Shown here: piece after piece, positions 42,932 through 54,615 of the stretch
How the letters are laid out: every line of letters starts with the position of its first letter
How positions within the stretch are numbered: position 1 is the first letter of the stretch
Source of the DNA: Gammaproteobacteria bacterium
GTDB lineage: Bacteria; Pseudomonadota; Gammaproteobacteria; CAJXQU01
Length of the DNA stretch: 64,000 bases
Direction of reading: 5' to 3'
NCBI GenBank assembly: GCA_965238175.1
Contig: CBDEGZ010000003.1
Span: 2,784,001 to 2,848,000 of the forward strand
Translations under genes and position numbers: made by a program
The notes under the pieces: model-generated
What the model was told of the DNA's origin: nothing
The model's database searches: none
Seen by the model: the letters and a program-made list of their open reading frames with translations, nothing else

Positions 42932-45312
42932 CTAATTTTCTCCAGGGCAAACTCACCCGGCTTTAAACCAAAATCAGGTTCGGGTTTATGACCTCGTTGC
43001 CAGAGTGCACAACTTGAAGGTACGCGATTATTGATCAAACATTTTAATTCAACGGCATGCTTTCCCTGTCGGACTCGCACATGCTCACCATTATCAATTT
43101 TCAATTGATCTGCCAGAGAAGAATTGATTTGCAGAACACTCTCTTCAACATCTTGCATTTGTTGTAAGGCTTTTGCTCGACGAACCAATGCATCGGTAAA
43201 ATAGATCGGCGTCTCAAACACCAATTCAATACCTTGTCCTGTTTTTTGAATTTCTCTAGGTGAGATCGTCTGCATTTTATTGTCTGGTACGACCTCTTTG
43301 GTCAAGCTTTTAACCTCATCCAAAACCTCGACGGAAGAGTCGTAATCAAATCCTTCCAGATTAAACTTATTTGCTAATACTCGGAGAATTTTCCAGGCGG
43401 GTCGTGCTTCATTTTTGGGTTTAACCGCACCAGAAAAAGATTGCATTCGGCCTTCCAAATTCACAAACGTACCAGATGTTTCTGCAAATAATCCAATCGG
43501 TAACATCACATCGGCATAATCCATCATAATCTCTGATCGAAAACCAAAAAGAGAAACTACAAATTCAGCAGATTTTAGTGACTCAACTGCAGCAACTGAA
43601 GTTAACGAATCCAGCTCCGGTTCAGTGCCAAGCAAAACATAGCCTTTCATACCCTGTTCAAACATGGCTCGCGCATCTAAACCTACCGTACTTACCTCTC
43701 GACCACCCACTTGACGATGAGGAACAACACCCGCCAGCCAGGCACCGCATGTATTCGCCGCTTCGGGAAAATAGCCTAATTTCGAGTCACTTAGTTTTGC
43801 GATTAAATTGGATAAAGTACGTAGCCGATTAGCATTAGGTACTAACGCGGCAATGTGCCCAAGAAACACAGCCGATTGATCATCATTCTGTAAACTTTCT
43901 GCAATAATTTTTTGTTCTCTGGTTGGTTCAATATCTTTCAAAAAATTAGCGATATCAGAATGACTATTTAAATTCGAATCTGTTTTATCCATCAATGCTT
44001 TTGCTATACCGGATAAAACACTTTCTATTTCAGAAGGTGGCAAGATAACACTACCTGTTGGCTGCCAGTTAAAATCAAAATCCACCGGATTAATGACAAA
44101 GATTTCCGCACCTTTTTCTGAAGCCTTACGTAAGCGATAATTCACCAATGGTAGTTCTTGACGAACATCGCTGCCAATTAATAATACCGAATTAAGATCT
44201 TCCAGATCAGAAATATTTTGTCCTAGCCAGGGGAAAACCGGTAGATCATTTTGATCACTAAAATCGGTTTGCATTAGTCGATGATCAATATTTCCGCAGC
44301 CTATTCCACGGATCAACTTTTGAAATAAAAATAATTCTTCCAAGGTGCTGGTTGGAGACGCAAGTGCTCCAATTTTTGTCGGGAAAATTTTCTTTAATCC
44401 TGCTACAGTAAAATCAAGCGCATTATCCCAATCTGATTCTTGCCATTTACGATCTACTTTGATCATCGGTTTTTGCAAGCGTTCTGCGCTGTTCAACCCT
44501 TCATAACTAAAGCGATCTCGATCAGAAATCCAGACTTCATTAATCGCTTCGTTCTCTTTCGGTACCACTCTTTTTACGACATTACCTTTGACATGCAAAT
44601 GAATGTTTGAACCCACTGCGTCATGTGGTGCGATACTGTCATATTGTCTAAGCTCCCAAGCGCGCGCAGAGTAGCGATACGGTTTAGAAGTTAGTGCACC
44701 GACCGGACAAAGATCGATAATATTTCCTGATAATTCTGATATAACCGCTTTTTCAATATAGGTACCGATCTGCATATTTTCACCACGCCCTGTGGCACCC
44801 ATTTCGCGCATTCCAGCTATTTCTTCACCAAAACGCACACAACGAGTACAGTGGATACAACGTGTGAGATCAGTTTGAATCAAAGGCCCAATATTTTTAT
44901 CTTGTACGACACGCTTTTGCTCAGAATAACGCGAAACATCACTGCCATAACCAACGGCCAGATCTTGCAGCTCACATTCACCACCTTGATCACAAATCGG
45001 ACAATCGAGCGGATGATTGATCAATAAGAATTCCATCGTCGACTTTTGTGCTTCTTTCGCCAACTTCGACTTGGTAAACACTTTCATACCGTCCATCACC
45101 GGTGTCGCGCAGGCAGGTAGAGGCTTAGGTGCTTTTTCAACTTCTACTAGACACATTCTGCAATTGGCCGCGACGGTTAATTTTTTGTGGTAGCAAAATC
45201 TCGGAACATCAGCATTGGCGGCATCTGTCACCTCAATCAACATTGATCCTTTTCGCGCCTGTAGTGGCTTTCCATCGACCTCAATGTTGACGAATTGATC
45301 CGAATCCGACAT
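42928..45312 (-). CDS. nuoG: NADH-quinone oxidoreductase subunit G
   Basis: [35 protein letters not shown]. Confidence 0.96.
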   Translation of the reverse strand: MSDSDQFVNIEVDGKPLQARKGSMLIEVTDAANADVPRFCYHKKLTVAANCRMCLVEVEKAPKPLPACATPVMDGMKVFTKSKLAKEAQKSTMEFLLINHPLDCPICDQGGECELQDLAVGYGSDVSRYSEQKRVVQDKNIGPLIQTDLTRCIHCTRCVRFGEEIAGMREMGATGRGENMQIGTYIEKAVISELSGNIIDLCPVGALTSKPYRYSARAWELRQYDSIAPHDAVGSNIHLHVKGNVVKRVVPKENEAINEVWISDRDRFSYEGLNSAERLQKPMIKVDRKWQESDWDNALDFTVAGLKKIFPTKIGALASPTSTLEELFLFQKLIRGIGCGNIDHRLMQTDFSDQNDLPVFPWLGQNISDLEDLNSVLLIGSDVRQELPLVNYRLRKASEKGAEIFVINPVDFDFNWQPTGSVILPPSEIESVLSGIAKALMDKTDSNLNSHSDIANFLKDIEPTREQKIIAESLQNDDQSAVFLGHIAALVPNANRLRTLSNLIAKLSDSKLGYFPEAANTCGAWLAGVVPHRQVGGREVSTVGLDARAMFEQGMKGYVLLGTEPELDSLTSVAAVESLKSAEFVVSLFGFRSEIMMDYADVMLPIGLFAETSGTFVNLEGRMQSFSGAVKPKNEARPAWKILRVLANKFNLEGFDYDSSVEVLDEVKSLTKEVVPDNKMQTISPREIQKTGQGIELVFETPIYFTDALVRRAKALQQMQDVEESVLQINSSLADQLKIDNGEHVRVRQGKHAVELKCLINNRVPSSCALWQRGHKPEPDFGLKPGEFALEKIS

Positions 45313-46628
45313 CAGGCCGCTTCTCCGCGATTAGCTTGCAACTTACTATGCCCGTGGATAATGTAATATTCGAATTCTGGCAAATAATGCTTAAGCATTC
45401 CCTGCACAGGCATTGCCGCCGCATCACCCAAAGCACAAATCGTTCTACCTGCTATTTTCCCGGCGATATCTTCAAGTTTTTCCAAGTCTTCCATCTCACC
45501 TTTGCCGTCTACAATTCGTGTCAACATGCGATACAACCAGCCTGTTCCCTCACGACATGGAGTGCATTGACCACAGGATTCAGCATAATAAAAACGAGAT
45601 AACCGCTGTAATACTTTAACCATATCAGTCGTGTCATCCATGACGATCACGGCACCCGATCCCAGCATTGATCCAACTTTTGTAATGGAATCGTAGTCCA
45701 TCGTTGTTTCCATCATTTGATTACCCGGAACAACGGGTACTGATGAACCACCGGGTATCACGGCTTTTAACGTTCGTCCGTTTCGCATACCTCCGGCTAG
45801 CTCTAACAAATCTTTAAATGACGTTCCCATCGGGATCTCAAAATTCCCTGGCTTAGCAACATGACCGCTGACTGAAAAGATCTTCGTTCCACCATTATTC
45901 GGAATACCCAGATCGAAAAACCATTGCGCGCCTTTCCTAAAGATCGTCGGAACAGATGCGAGAGATTCAGTATTATTGATCGTCGTTGGTCGTCCATATA
46001 AACCATAGCCCGCAGGGAAAGGTGGTTTAAAACGTGGCTGCCCTTTTTTACCTTCCAGAGATTCCAGCAATGCAGTTTCTTCACCACAGATATAGGCACC
46101 GGCACCTAATGTTCCGTGTAGATCAAAGTCAATGCCACTACCTTTTAAATTTTTGCCTAATAAACCTTCTTGATAGGCTTCTTGAAGTGCCTGATCAAAA
46201 CGCTTAAAAGGTTCATCCATAAACTCGCCACGCATATAGTTGTATCCAACTGTCGCACCGATGGCATAACCGGCAATCGCCATACCTTCAACTAGTGCAT
46301 GCGGATTAAAGCGCAAAATATCACGATCTTTACAGGTGCCTGGTTCACTCTCATCTGAATTACAAACGATATAACTCTGTTGATCATTTTTGGGCATAAA
46401 GCTCCATTTAACGCCGGTCGGAAAACCTGCGCCACCACGACCACGTAAACCCGAATCTTTTATGACTTCGATCAACGCATCTGGTGGTATTTTTTCACTG
46501 AGAATTTGATTCCACGCTTGATAACCACCTAACGAAGTGTAATTTTCCATTAGCCATGGTTCGGCAAACTGTAAGGTTTCAAAACAAGTTTGGTTGAGTA
46601 ATATATCTTTATCTTTTTCCTTACTCAT
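45312..46628 (-). CDS. nuoF: NADH-quinone oxidoreductase subunit F
   Basis: [33 protein letters not shown]. Confidence 0.96.
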   Translation of the reverse strand: MSKEKDKDILLNQTCFETLQFAEPWLMENYTSLGGYQAWNQILSEKIPPDALIEVIKDSGLRGRGGAGFPTGVKWSFMPKNDQQSYIVCNSDESEPGTCKDRDILRFNPHALVEGMAIAGYAIGATVGYNYMRGEFMDEPFKRFDQALQEAYQEGLLGKNLKGSGIDFDLHGTLGAGAYICGEETALLESLEGKKGQPRFKPPFPAGYGLYGRPTTINNTESLASVPTIFRKGAQWFFDLGIPNNGGTKIFSVSGHVAKPGNFEIPMGTSFKDLLELAGGMRNGRTLKAVIPGGSSVPVVPGNQMMETTMDYDSITKVGSMLGSGAVIVMDDTTDMVKVLQRLSRFYYAESCGQCTPCREGTGWLYRMLTRIVDGKGEMEDLEKLEDIAGKIAGRTICALGDAAAMPVQGMLKHYLPEFEYYIIHGHSKLQANRGEAA

Positions 46629-47143
46629 TTTAGATCGTCCAGGATTTGATCGACTTTTTCAGTGGTTAAATTCTCAAAGTAAACATGATCAACCATCATC
46701 ATCGGCGCACCACAACACGCGGCCAAACATTCTTCTTCTTGCTTAAGAAAAATCCGACCATCTTCTGTGGTTTTTCCAGTTTTTATCTTTAATTTTTTCT
46801 CAATATGATCAATTAAAGCATCCGCGCCATTCAACATACATGAAATATTATTACAAACAGAAACACTGTGACGTCCAACCGGTTCGGTTTCGAGCATAGA
46901 ATAAAAACTTGCCACTTCGTAAACGGCAATCTTTGACATATCAAGATATTCTGCAACAGCGTCCATTAATTCCACCGTTAAAAATCCTTTGTTCTCATGT
47001 TGCACTTCTTGTAATGCACCAAGAATGGCAGATTGTTTTTGATCAGCTGGAAACTTTTTCAAGCAGTTATCAATGACACTTTTCGCGTGATCAGAAATTA
47101 CCGATAGATTCATATTTGGGTTATCTGATTGGGAATGACTCAT
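46625..47143 (-). CDS. nuoE: NADH-quinone oxidoreductase subunit E
   Basis: [16 protein letters not shown]. Confidence 0.95.
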   Translation of the reverse strand: MSHSQSDNPNMNLSVISDHAKSVIDNCLKKFPADQKQSAILGALQEVQHENKGFLTVELMDAVAEYLDMSKIAVYEVASFYSMLETEPVGRHSVSVCNNISCMLNGADALIDHIEKKLKIKTGKTTEDGRIFLKQEEECLAACCGAPMMMVDHVYFENLTTEKVDQILDDLK

Positions 47144-48393
47144 CGATCAATTTCTCCAAAAACGATATCTTGTGTTCCTATTACCGCAACAACATCCGCC
47201 AGCATATGACCTTTGACCATTTCATTGATTGCAGCAAGGTGTGCAAAACCGGCTGCACGGATTTTCACCCGGTAAGGCTTATTTGCACCATCGGAAATCA
47301 TATAGATCCCAAACTCGCCTTTGGGATGCTCAATCGCGGAATAGACTTCGCCTTCTGGTACACAATAACCTTCCGTGAATAATTTGAAATGATGGATTAA
47401 AGATTCCATATCACCTTTCATATCTTCACGTTTTGGTGGTATCAGCTTATAGTCATCCAAAATTACCGGTCCAGGATTTTCGTTTAACCAATCAACACAT
47501 TGCTTAATGATCTTATTTGACTGGCGCATCTCTTCGACGCGAACAAGATACCGATCATAGCAATCACCGTTTGTACCGACAGGAATATCAAAATCCATTA
47601 GATCATAAACTTCATAAGGTTGCTTTTTACGCAAATCCCATTCGATGCCAGAACCTCTGAGCATTGGCCCTGAAAAACCCATTTGTTTTGCACGTTCCGG
47701 TGTAACCACTCCAATATCAACAGTACGTTGTTTCCAAATTCGATTGTCCGTCAAAAGTGTTTCATATTCATCAACACAGGCAGGAAAACGACTGACAAAA
47801 TCATCTATAAAATCAAGTAAGCTGCCTTGACGATTTTCATTTAACTTTTTGACTCGACGTTTGCCTTTCCATTTTGATTCCTGATACTGCGGCATGCTAT
47901 CTGGGAGATCGCGATAGACTCCACCAGGTCGATAATAAGTGGCATGCATGCGAGTACCCGAGGCCGCTTCATAGCAGTCCATTAGATCTTCTCGTTCACG
48001 AAAGCAATACAAAAACATGGTCATCGCACCAACATCAAGCCCATGCGTACCTAGCCACATCAGATGGTTCAAAATGCGGGTAATCTCGTCAAACATAACA
48101 CGAATATATTGAGCACGGATCGGCGGTTCTACACCGAGTAATTTTTCAATCGCGGACACATATGCATGTTCGTTGCACATCATCGAAACATAATCGAGTC
48201 GATCCATATAACCGATACTTTGGTTGTACGGTTTACTCTCCGCCAACTTTTCCGTTCCTCGATGCAGTAAACCGATGTGCGGATCAGCTCGCTCAATCAC
48301 CTCACCATCCATCTCGAGAATCAAACGCAGAACACCATGCGCAGCAGGATGTTGAGGACCGAAATTTAAGGTCATGTTTTTGATCTCAGGCAT
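47140..48393 (-). CDS. nuoD: NADH-quinone oxidoreductase subunit D (start at MPEIKN)
   Basis: [30 protein letters not shown]. Confidence 0.96.
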   Translation of the reverse strand: MPEIKNMTLNFGPQHPAAHGVLRLILEMDGEVIERADPHIGLLHRGTEKLAESKPYNQSIGYMDRLDYVSMMCNEHAYVSAIEKLLGVEPPIRAQYIRVMFDEITRILNHLMWLGTHGLDVGAMTMFLYCFREREDLMDCYEAASGTRMHATYYRPGGVYRDLPDSMPQYQESKWKGKRRVKKLNENRQGSLLDFIDDFVSRFPACVDEYETLLTDNRIWKQRTVDIGVVTPERAKQMGFSGPMLRGSGIEWDLRKKQPYEVYDLMDFDIPVGTNGDCYDRYLVRVEEMRQSNKIIKQCVDWLNENPGPVILDDYKLIPPKREDMKGDMESLIHHFKLFTEGYCVPEGEVYSAIEHPKGEFGIYMISDGANKPYRVKIRAAGFAHLAAINEMVKGHMLADVVAVIGTQDIVFGEIDR

Positions 48394-49087
48394 GATCTTG
48401 ATCCTGTTCTTCTTCACTGGATAAACGATCATCTTTTCTGATCACGCGAGGAACTAATACGCGACTTTCGATGGTCACTGGTTGATAAATCACCCGACCC
48501 TTCTCTTCGTCATAACGAACTTCTACATTACCTTCCAACGGAAAATCCTTACGGAAAGGATGTCCAATAAAACCGTAATCTGTCAGGATCCGCCGTAAAT
48601 CAGGATGGCCATCAAATAAGATTCCAAACAGATCAAAAGCCTCTCTCTCATACCAGTCGGCAGAATTCCAGATTGAGACAACCGAAGGTAAAATTAACGA
48701 TTCATCTGCAACGAAAACACGTAAACGCAAACGTTGATTGTGTTTGAGAGACAGTAATTGGTAAACAACCGCATATCGCTTTTGTTCAAAATTATCTGTC
48801 GCTTTGTGCGAGGTCACACCGCGACTAAAACCAGAACTGGTTGCTTCTTGAGTCTGCCAGTCATCTTGACCATACGTTGAATAATCAACACCACTCAAAT
48901 CCATTAATTGTTCGAATTCGAAAGGTGTTTCGTCACGCAGAGCTGTAACCACCTCAATCAAATTACTAACGGAAACATCCAGGTTAATTTGATTCACACA
49001 AAGCTCACAATTATCAATTTGATCGGTAAATCTTTGTTCGAGCTGTGAACAAATTTGATCAATATTGGGCGCGACGGTAGAAGCCAT
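48386..49087 (-). CDS. nuoC: NADH-quinone oxidoreductase subunit C (not fused to D)
   Basis: [33 protein letters not shown]. Confidence 0.96.
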   Translation of the reverse strand: MASTVAPNIDQICSQLEQRFTDQIDNCELCVNQINLDVSVSNLIEVVTALRDETPFEFEQLMDLSGVDYSTYGQDDWQTQEATSSGFSRGVTSHKATDNFEQKRYAVVYQLLSLKHNQRLRLRVFVADESLILPSVVSIWNSADWYEREAFDLFGILFDGHPDLRRILTDYGFIGHPFRKDFPLEGNVEVRYDEEKGRVIYQPVTIESRVLVPRVIRKDDRLSSEEEQDQDHA

Positions 49088-49096
49088 TATTATTTA

Positions 49097-49603
49097 TTAT
49101 TCTTGGTTTGCCTGAGTGGGTTGAGCTGGTCGGGCGATTGTGTTCGTTCTTTTGATTTTCTTCTGTAATTGTAAAATCCCATACAACAGTGCTTCTGCTG
49201 TTGGTGGACATCCGGGCACATATACATCTACTGGGACAATACGATCACAACCTCGAACAACCGAATAAGAGTAATGATAATAACCGCCACCATTAGCACA
49301 TGACCCCATTGAGATCACCCAGCGAGGTTCGGCCATTTGGTCATACACTTTGCGTAATGCAGGCGCCATTTTATTAACCAGAGTTCCGGCAACTATCATC
49401 ACATCCGATTGTCTGGGGCTCGGTCGAAAAACCACTCCGAATCGATCCATATCATAGCGCGAGGCTCCAGCTTGCATCATCTCGACAGCACAACAAGCAA
49501 GACCAAACGTCATGGGCCATAATGATCCTGTTCGAGCCCAGTTGACAACATTATCAACGGAAGTTGTGACAAATCCTTCTTCTAAAACACCTTCTATTCC
49601 CAT
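49097..49603 (-). CDS. nuoB: NADH-quinone oxidoreductase subunit B
   Basis: [26 protein letters not shown]. Confidence 0.97.
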   Translation of the reverse strand: MGIEGVLEEGFVTTSVDNVVNWARTGSLWPMTFGLACCAVEMMQAGASRYDMDRFGVVFRPSPRQSDVMIVAGTLVNKMAPALRKVYDQMAEPRWVISMGSCANGGGYYHYSYSVVRGCDRIVPVDVYVPGCPPTAEALLYGILQLQKKIKRTNTIARPAQPTQANQE

Positions 49604-49950
49604 TCAAGTGCTCCTTTTTTCCATTCATAAATGAAACCAATCACCAAAATACCGAGAAAAATAAGCATCGCGACAAAACCGAACATTCCCAGTTCGTCTA
49701 AGACTGTAGCCCAGGGAAACAGAAAAGCAATTTCCAGATCAAAAATAATAAATAAGATGGCGACAAGATAATAACGAACATCAAACTTCATTCGTGCATC
49801 TTCGAATGCTTCAAAACCACATTCGTAAGGAGAGTTTTTTTCTTTATCAGGTTTTGTTGGGCCAATTAAATGCCCAAACGCAAGGGATACGATACCAATG
49901 ACGGTTGATACGCCAAGAAAAATTAACACCGGTATGTATTGTTCAAGCAT
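49594..49950 (-). CDS. nuoA: NADH-quinone oxidoreductase subunit A
   Basis: [23 protein letters not shown]. Confidence 0.97.
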   Translation of the reverse strand: MLEQYIPVLIFLGVSTVIGIVSLAFGHLIGPTKPDKEKNSPYECGFEAFEDARMKFDVRYYLVAILFIIFDLEIAFLFPWATVLDELGMFGFVAMLIFLGILVIGFIYEWKKGALEWE

Positions 49951-50052
49951 GGTTTGTAACGTGCACCCTCACACGAAATCTTATCTTGCTCAATTATTAA
50001 TGACAATCTCGATAAAAGAAACAGAGATATTCCACAATTGAAACACTCAAAA

Positions 50053-50137
50053 TGGTGCCGATGGCCGGAGTCGAACCGGCACGGCTTACGCCACTACCCC
50101 CTCAAGATAGCGTGTCTACCAATTCCACCACATCGGC
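50053..50137 (-). tRNA. tRNA-Leu (anticodon GAG)
   Basis: Reverse complement GCCGATGTGGTGGAATTGGTAGACACGCTATCTTGAGGGGGTAG...GGTTCGACTCCGGCCATCGGCACCA; long variable arm, encoded CCA, follows secG. Confidence 0.97.
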
Positions 50138-50148
50138 AAGTATTCTAG

Positions 50149-50529
50149 TTATTCTGGAACAACCGGCAGATCGGATTGGCCTGTTTGTTCTGGCATTACA
50201 GGAACATCTATTTTTTGTTCAACTTCTGATGTATCAAGAACTTTTTGATCCATCACATCTGTTTTTTCCACTGTTTCCATCAAACTTTCTCCCTCAACAC
50301 CTGTAGTTGAAAGATACGACAGGAAAAAACTGTTGGCAAAAAAGACAAATGCCAAAATACCCGTCGCTCGTGTTAGAAAAGATGTTGAACCCGATGCACC
50401 AAATACTGTTGAAGATGCGCCGCTACCAAAAGCAGCGCCAGCATCGGCACCTTTGCCATGTTGGATCAAAATCAGGCCAATTAAAGATAAGGCCATTAGT
50501 ACATGTAAAATTAATAAAATAGACTGCAT
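50149..50529 (-). CDS. secG: Preprotein translocase subunit SecG
   Basis: QHGKGADAGAAFGSGASSTVFG; tpiA-secG-tRNA-Leu synteny. Confidence 0.96.
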   Translation of the reverse strand: MQSILLILHVLMALSLIGLILIQHGKGADAGAAFGSGASSTVFGASGSTSFLTRATGILAFVFFANSFFLSYLSTTGVEGESLMETVEKTDVMDQKVLDTSEVEQKIDVPVMPEQTGQSDLPVVPE

Positions 50530-50553
50530 TACTTACTCCATTATGCCTTACTG

Positions 50554-51315
50554 CTATACTACTGCCGCCTGGCAAATTCCAAGGAAATCTTCAGGTTTGA
50601 GGGCAGCACCACCTATTAACCCACCATCGATGTCTTTCATCGCAAATATTTCTGCGGCATTCTCTGGTTTGACACTACCACCATACAAAATACGTATTTG
50701 CTCAGCCACTACGCGTTCTTCTTCGTATTCTGCCACTAAATCTCGTATAAAACTATGTACTTCCTGTGCTTGATCTGGAGTTGCGGTTAATCCAGTACCA
50801 ATTGCCCAAACAGGCTCATAAGCAATTACTGCTTTTTTGAATCCTTCTGCTCCTACCTTGTCTAAAACTGCGCGCATTTGTTGACTAATCACATCTTCCA
50901 TTTTGCCACTCTCACGCTCTTCAAAAGATTCGCCAACACATAAAATGGGGACTAAACCAGAGGCTTGTGTCTGGATATATTTCTCCGCAACCAAATCACT
51001 CTTTTCACCATATAAACTACGTCTTTCTGAATGGCCAAGAATGGCATAATGACAGCCAATGTCATTCAACATTGCACATGATACTTCACCTGTATACGCA
51101 CCTTCATTTTCATTCGAAGCATTTTGAGCACCCAATGAAATGGGACAATCATCTATCAAATTTGAAACATATTCGAGATAAATAAATGAGGGGCAAATCG
51201 CAATTTCTACTTGCTCTAAACCTGTGATCCCGCTTTTAATTCCATTAACCAACGGATCAATAGTCGAAAGAGTTCCGTTCATCTTCCAGTTACCTGCTAC
51301 CAGTGGTTTACGCAC
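50554..51315 (-). CDS. tpiA: Triosephosphate isomerase
   Basis: AGNWKMN, GHSERR, AYEPVWAIGTG, YGGSV. Confidence 0.98.
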   Translation of the reverse strand: MRKPLVAGNWKMNGTLSTIDPLVNGIKSGITGLEQVEIAICPSFIYLEYVSNLIDDCPISLGAQNASNENEGAYTGEVSCAMLNDIGCHYAILGHSERRSLYGEKSDLVAEKYIQTQASGLVPILCVGESFEERESGKMEDVISQQMRAVLDKVGAEGFKKAVIAYEPVWAIGTGLTATPDQAQEVHSFIRDLVAEYEEERVVAEQIRILYGGSVKPENAAEIFAMKDIDGGLIGGAALKPEDFLGICQAAVV

Positions 51316-51536
51316 TCTATTAGAACCTCACTTTTTCAGACCACAATTACCAAGGATTAAGATGCGGCGGCAAGCATACCGTCTGGAACATGGGAAATCA
51401 ATTCCAAATCTCTTAGTGTTAAAACTAGAGCCTCTTCTTTGCTAATTTTATTTTAGTCTAAAAAGAAGATCTGACGTTTTACATAAAAATAAAACTCGTA
51501 CAAACCAGCCTTACTTTTGTATGAAATTATTGGAAC

Positions 51537-52223
51537 CTATTTAGGGACAAGACTCTTTATTACACTGGGTATGCCTTTCGCAACATCGATCCATTCAGCA
51601 ACAGTCTCAGTGTCAGGCACCGATGGTGTTCTACGCTCATCAGTATTCACACTGACCATCCTTCTCGCTAAACTTGATGCCTCCTGCCGTGCCAATTCTC
51701 CGATAGAAGCCATACCAGAAGCTTCAAGTAATTCAGCATATTGGCCATGGATACCCGGCACTCGCATCATATCTGACATACTGACCCATTTACCTACAAC
51801 AAATGGTTCGACCTTAACCGTTTTAGATACTTCAGCTTGTTTCGATGCCTCGCAACATTCGCTTAGCAATTGTTCTGTTGTTGCAATATTGATCGAACGT
51901 AACCTTTCGCCATAAACGGAACCGATACCTTCTATCTCTTCCACTGGATATGGCCATTCATTTTGATCACTTTCTACACTGGGTTGACTGACCAAGGTAA
52001 CGGCACCTCCAGCATTAGCTATCAAATTACTCATGTAATTATTGAATTCAGCTCGGTAAGTATCACGTTCTATTTCCAGGTTAGTTAAGTTATGTAGATA
52101 TTCGTCTTCCAACTCTAAAAATCTACGATCACAAGCTATTTTTTTTAACCACCAACCAATTATTACCCCAATTAATGCCGCCAGCATAAGAAAAACTAAT
52201 ATCTGAGCAACTAAATATCCCAT
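51537..52223 (-). CDS. Membrane-anchored DUF4332 (HhH-like) protein
   Basis: N-terminal TM and coiled segment; VEEIEGIG.VYGERL, DMMRVPGI.GQYAELLEASG, P....VAEWI. Confidence 0.8.
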   Translation of the reverse strand: MGYLVAQILVFLMLAALIGVIIGWWLKKIACDRRFLELEDEYLHNLTNLEIERDTYRAEFNNYMSNLIANAGGAVTLVSQPSVESDQNEWPYPVEEIEGIGSVYGERLRSINIATTEQLLSECCEASKQAEVSKTVKVEPFVVGKWVSMSDMMRVPGIHGQYAELLEASGMASIGELARQEASSLARRMVSVNTDERRTPSVPDTETVAEWIDVAKGIPSVIKSLVPK

Positions 52224-52226
52224 GAA

Positions 52227-53510
52227 CTATTTCCTCTGAACATTGAATTCAATACGACGATTCTTTGTCATTCCTTTTTCAGTTGAGTTATCCACTAATG
52301 GTCGTAGTTCTCCATATCCGACAGCCTTAAGATTTTTTGATGCGACACCTTTCTCTTGTAAATACTTTACGACTGCCTTCGCGCGCAATTCACTCAAATA
52401 TTGATTATAGGATTCATCACCCTGATCATCCGTATGCCCAGCAATCTCAAGCTTAGTTCTCGAACATTCTTTTATTGCAACGTAAGCTAATCGATCAAGT
52501 AGAACATAACTTTCCAATTTAATATCCGCTTGACCAAAATCAAATAAGATCTGGTTATTTTTGAGTAAATTATTAAATTTCTGCTGGCATGTCTTGGTCG
52601 TACTATCAGATACTGAAGTTTTACCAGCAGGTGTCGTTATATCGTAGCTTATACCCATTTTACTGGTGTCTACATTATCATCTACTTTTTCTATTTTCGA
52701 TTTAAGCTCTGTTGACGATACCTGTCCCGATATAAGCATTTTTGAACCACTTAACACAGCTTTTCCCTTTTCAAATAATGCAAGTTTCCTCAGAGAAGTA
52801 CTGACTGCAGAATACCAACTTTGAGGTTCACCGGTAGCTACCGTCATTAAATCAGTTACATTTTCCTCTGCATATTTTTCGATCGCAAGATCTGTTAACC
52901 AGACTCTAGCAGATTGATCAGGAACATGCCCTTTCAAAACGATTTTGCCAAAATCATAAATAATCTCCGTCTGATAGTTCTCTATTGCTGAAGGCATCTT
53001 CTGTGCAGGTTGGCTATCTAATGGTTGAGGAGCTTTGACCATATAGGTTGGAATTGGATCAGACTCTTCAACCTCTATATTGAACTCAGCTGTATGAAGG
53101 GCATCAAGACTATCATTTTGAGGATCTTTAGCATGCAAACTATCCGCTTTATGCTCTCGGGTCGAATCTAATTCAGTTTGCTGAAGGGTTACTTTTTCAG
53201 ACGTCTGAGTTGAACTTTGAGCTGTATTGGCTAGAGAAAGTGTTATCTGATTATTTACACTACGGACACCGATGGTCGTACTTGCTAACTCGACCGCTCT
53301 TTCTCTTGATACTTCGTTGGGTGCAATACCAGTAAGAATAAGATCACGACCATCAATACCCACTTTGGTATATCCCACACCTCCGGTCATAAGTGCATGC
53401 TTAGCCCGTGTTATAAGATCATCTTCAATCCTTGGGGTATGTTTGTTTACACATAAAAAAGCAAGAACTGTTAATGCAATAAAACCGAGAACAACAAGTA
53501 ACCTTCCCAT
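52227..53510 (-). CDS. BON-domain/OmpA-family protein (ArfA-like architecture)
   Basis: BON DGRDLILTG...GVRSVNNQI; OmpA_C IAGHTD...LSELRAKAV...GYGE..P...NRRIEF. Confidence 0.85.
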   Translation of the reverse strand: MGRLLVVLGFIALTVLAFLCVNKHTPRIEDDLITRAKHALMTGGVGYTKVGIDGRDLILTGIAPNEVSRERAVELASTTIGVRSVNNQITLSLANTAQSSTQTSEKVTLQQTELDSTREHKADSLHAKDPQNDSLDALHTAEFNIEVEESDPIPTYMVKAPQPLDSQPAQKMPSAIENYQTEIIYDFGKIVLKGHVPDQSARVWLTDLAIEKYAEENVTDLMTVATGEPQSWYSAVSTSLRKLALFEKGKAVLSGSKMLISGQVSSTELKSKIEKVDDNVDTSKMGISYDITTPAGKTSVSDSTTKTCQQKFNNLLKNNQILFDFGQADIKLESYVLLDRLAYVAIKECSRTKLEIAGHTDDQGDESYNQYLSELRAKAVVKYLQEKGVASKNLKAVGYGELRPLVDNSTEKGMTKNRRIEFNVQRK

Positions 53511-53655
53511 TTACTCTCCCTAGAATGGTACTGAGTTTTAATAAAACCACTTTTCACTCAGGGATACTGCCCTCTTTACCTAAATTTTTCAAGCAAGTTT
53601 AACCTCCTGAAAACTATCTAGAGGGGGGCTTACAAAGACAAAGTAAAAGTTCGAG

Positions 53656-54474
53656 CTATTCTGGGGCGACCTTAAATACTTTAGAAAATTTACGACCTTT
53701 TGAATCTTCCATTTCTGCTTTTAGTTCACCTTCTTCATCAGGATTAAAAAAGAAGCGAAAGCTAGGATCCTGACTAATAGAAATGTCTGTCTCTGCCGTC
53801 ATGATGTGGGTATCGTTGTAACTGATCATTACTTTTGTCACATAATCCGGAGGAATAATGGAGCGTGTTCGTTGATCAAGTTGTAAGCCATTAACATTAG
53901 GGTGTCGAATACGTAATTGGCCTAAAGTACCTTCCTCATTATTGGAACCAAAAGATCGAAAATTCATTTCTCCAATGTGCTTTTTCGCTTCTTGAAGCTC
54001 TAAAAAGGGTGGCGGTAATGAACAACCACCACTTGCCCGAACAAATTTCGTATCCATATATAACTCGCCAGTATTCAATTCAGCAACCGCCCTTACACTC
54101 GTGTACTGATCAATTCTGATACGCATCGCAAGATCGGCCTTACCCATCTCTGGAGTAAGCCTGAAAGTGCCTGCTAAAGGTTCAGGATTATTATCTGCGA
54201 ATAGATAAATTGTTTTAATATAACGATCTTTAGTTTGTGGGATTTGAGCATTGACGCTTACGGGTACAACAGCAGCATCTTCTGCTCGATACGGTACATT
54301 CAACTGAACTATAGATTCGCCTTCATGCAGCGTTTTGTCTTGAAAATGTTTTGGTTTAATAAAGGCAGTCCAAACATCAATAGTGGATTGATCTTTTTCT
54401 ACTGAAAGACCTGCAATCGGCAAAAGAGTAGTGATTGATAAGAAACTCAAGAAAAACAACCGTAAAAACTTCAT
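53656..54474 (-). CDS. Quinoprotein dehydrogenase-associated SoxYZ-like carrier
   Basis: PYRAEDAAVVPV, DNNPEP, RASGGCS, RIRHPNVNGLQLDQ, SISQDPSFRF. Confidence 0.85.
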   Translation of the reverse strand: MKFLRLFFLSFLSITTLLPIAGLSVEKDQSTIDVWTAFIKPKHFQDKTLHEGESIVQLNVPYRAEDAAVVPVSVNAQIPQTKDRYIKTIYLFADNNPEPLAGTFRLTPEMGKADLAMRIRIDQYTSVRAVAELNTGELYMDTKFVRASGGCSLPPPFLELQEAKKHIGEMNFRSFGSNNEEGTLGQLRIRHPNVNGLQLDQRTRSIIPPDYVTKVMISYNDTHIMTAETDISISQDPSFRFFFNPDEEGELKAEMEDSKGRKFSKVFKVAPE

Positions 54475-54615
54475 AGCACACTCTCCATATTTCTATGCTG
54501 TATATTAAAACCTTCGTTGTTACTTAAGTATCGGCCAATCAAAAAAGAATATATATATATCTAAAGGTCTATTCCCTATGGTTTGTTAAGAGTGACTGTA
54601 TTAAACACCTGAAAA

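Noticed and set aside
49950-50137. Island integrated at tRNA-Leu
   Set aside because: nuoA follows directly; I saw no integrase or duplicated tRNA 3' end.
50052-50306. ORF MVPMAGVEPAR...
   Set aside because: Antisense translation of tRNA-Leu and secG.
35541-51315. tpiA-secG-tRNA-Leu-nuoA..N with unfused nuoC and nuoD as a novelty
   Set aside because: A well-known conserved arrangement in many beta- and non-enteric gammaproteobacteria.
53656-54474. Sox thiosulfate-oxidation system
   Set aside because: Fused SoxYZ-like protein lacks the terminal GGCGG arm and no soxABX genes are present.
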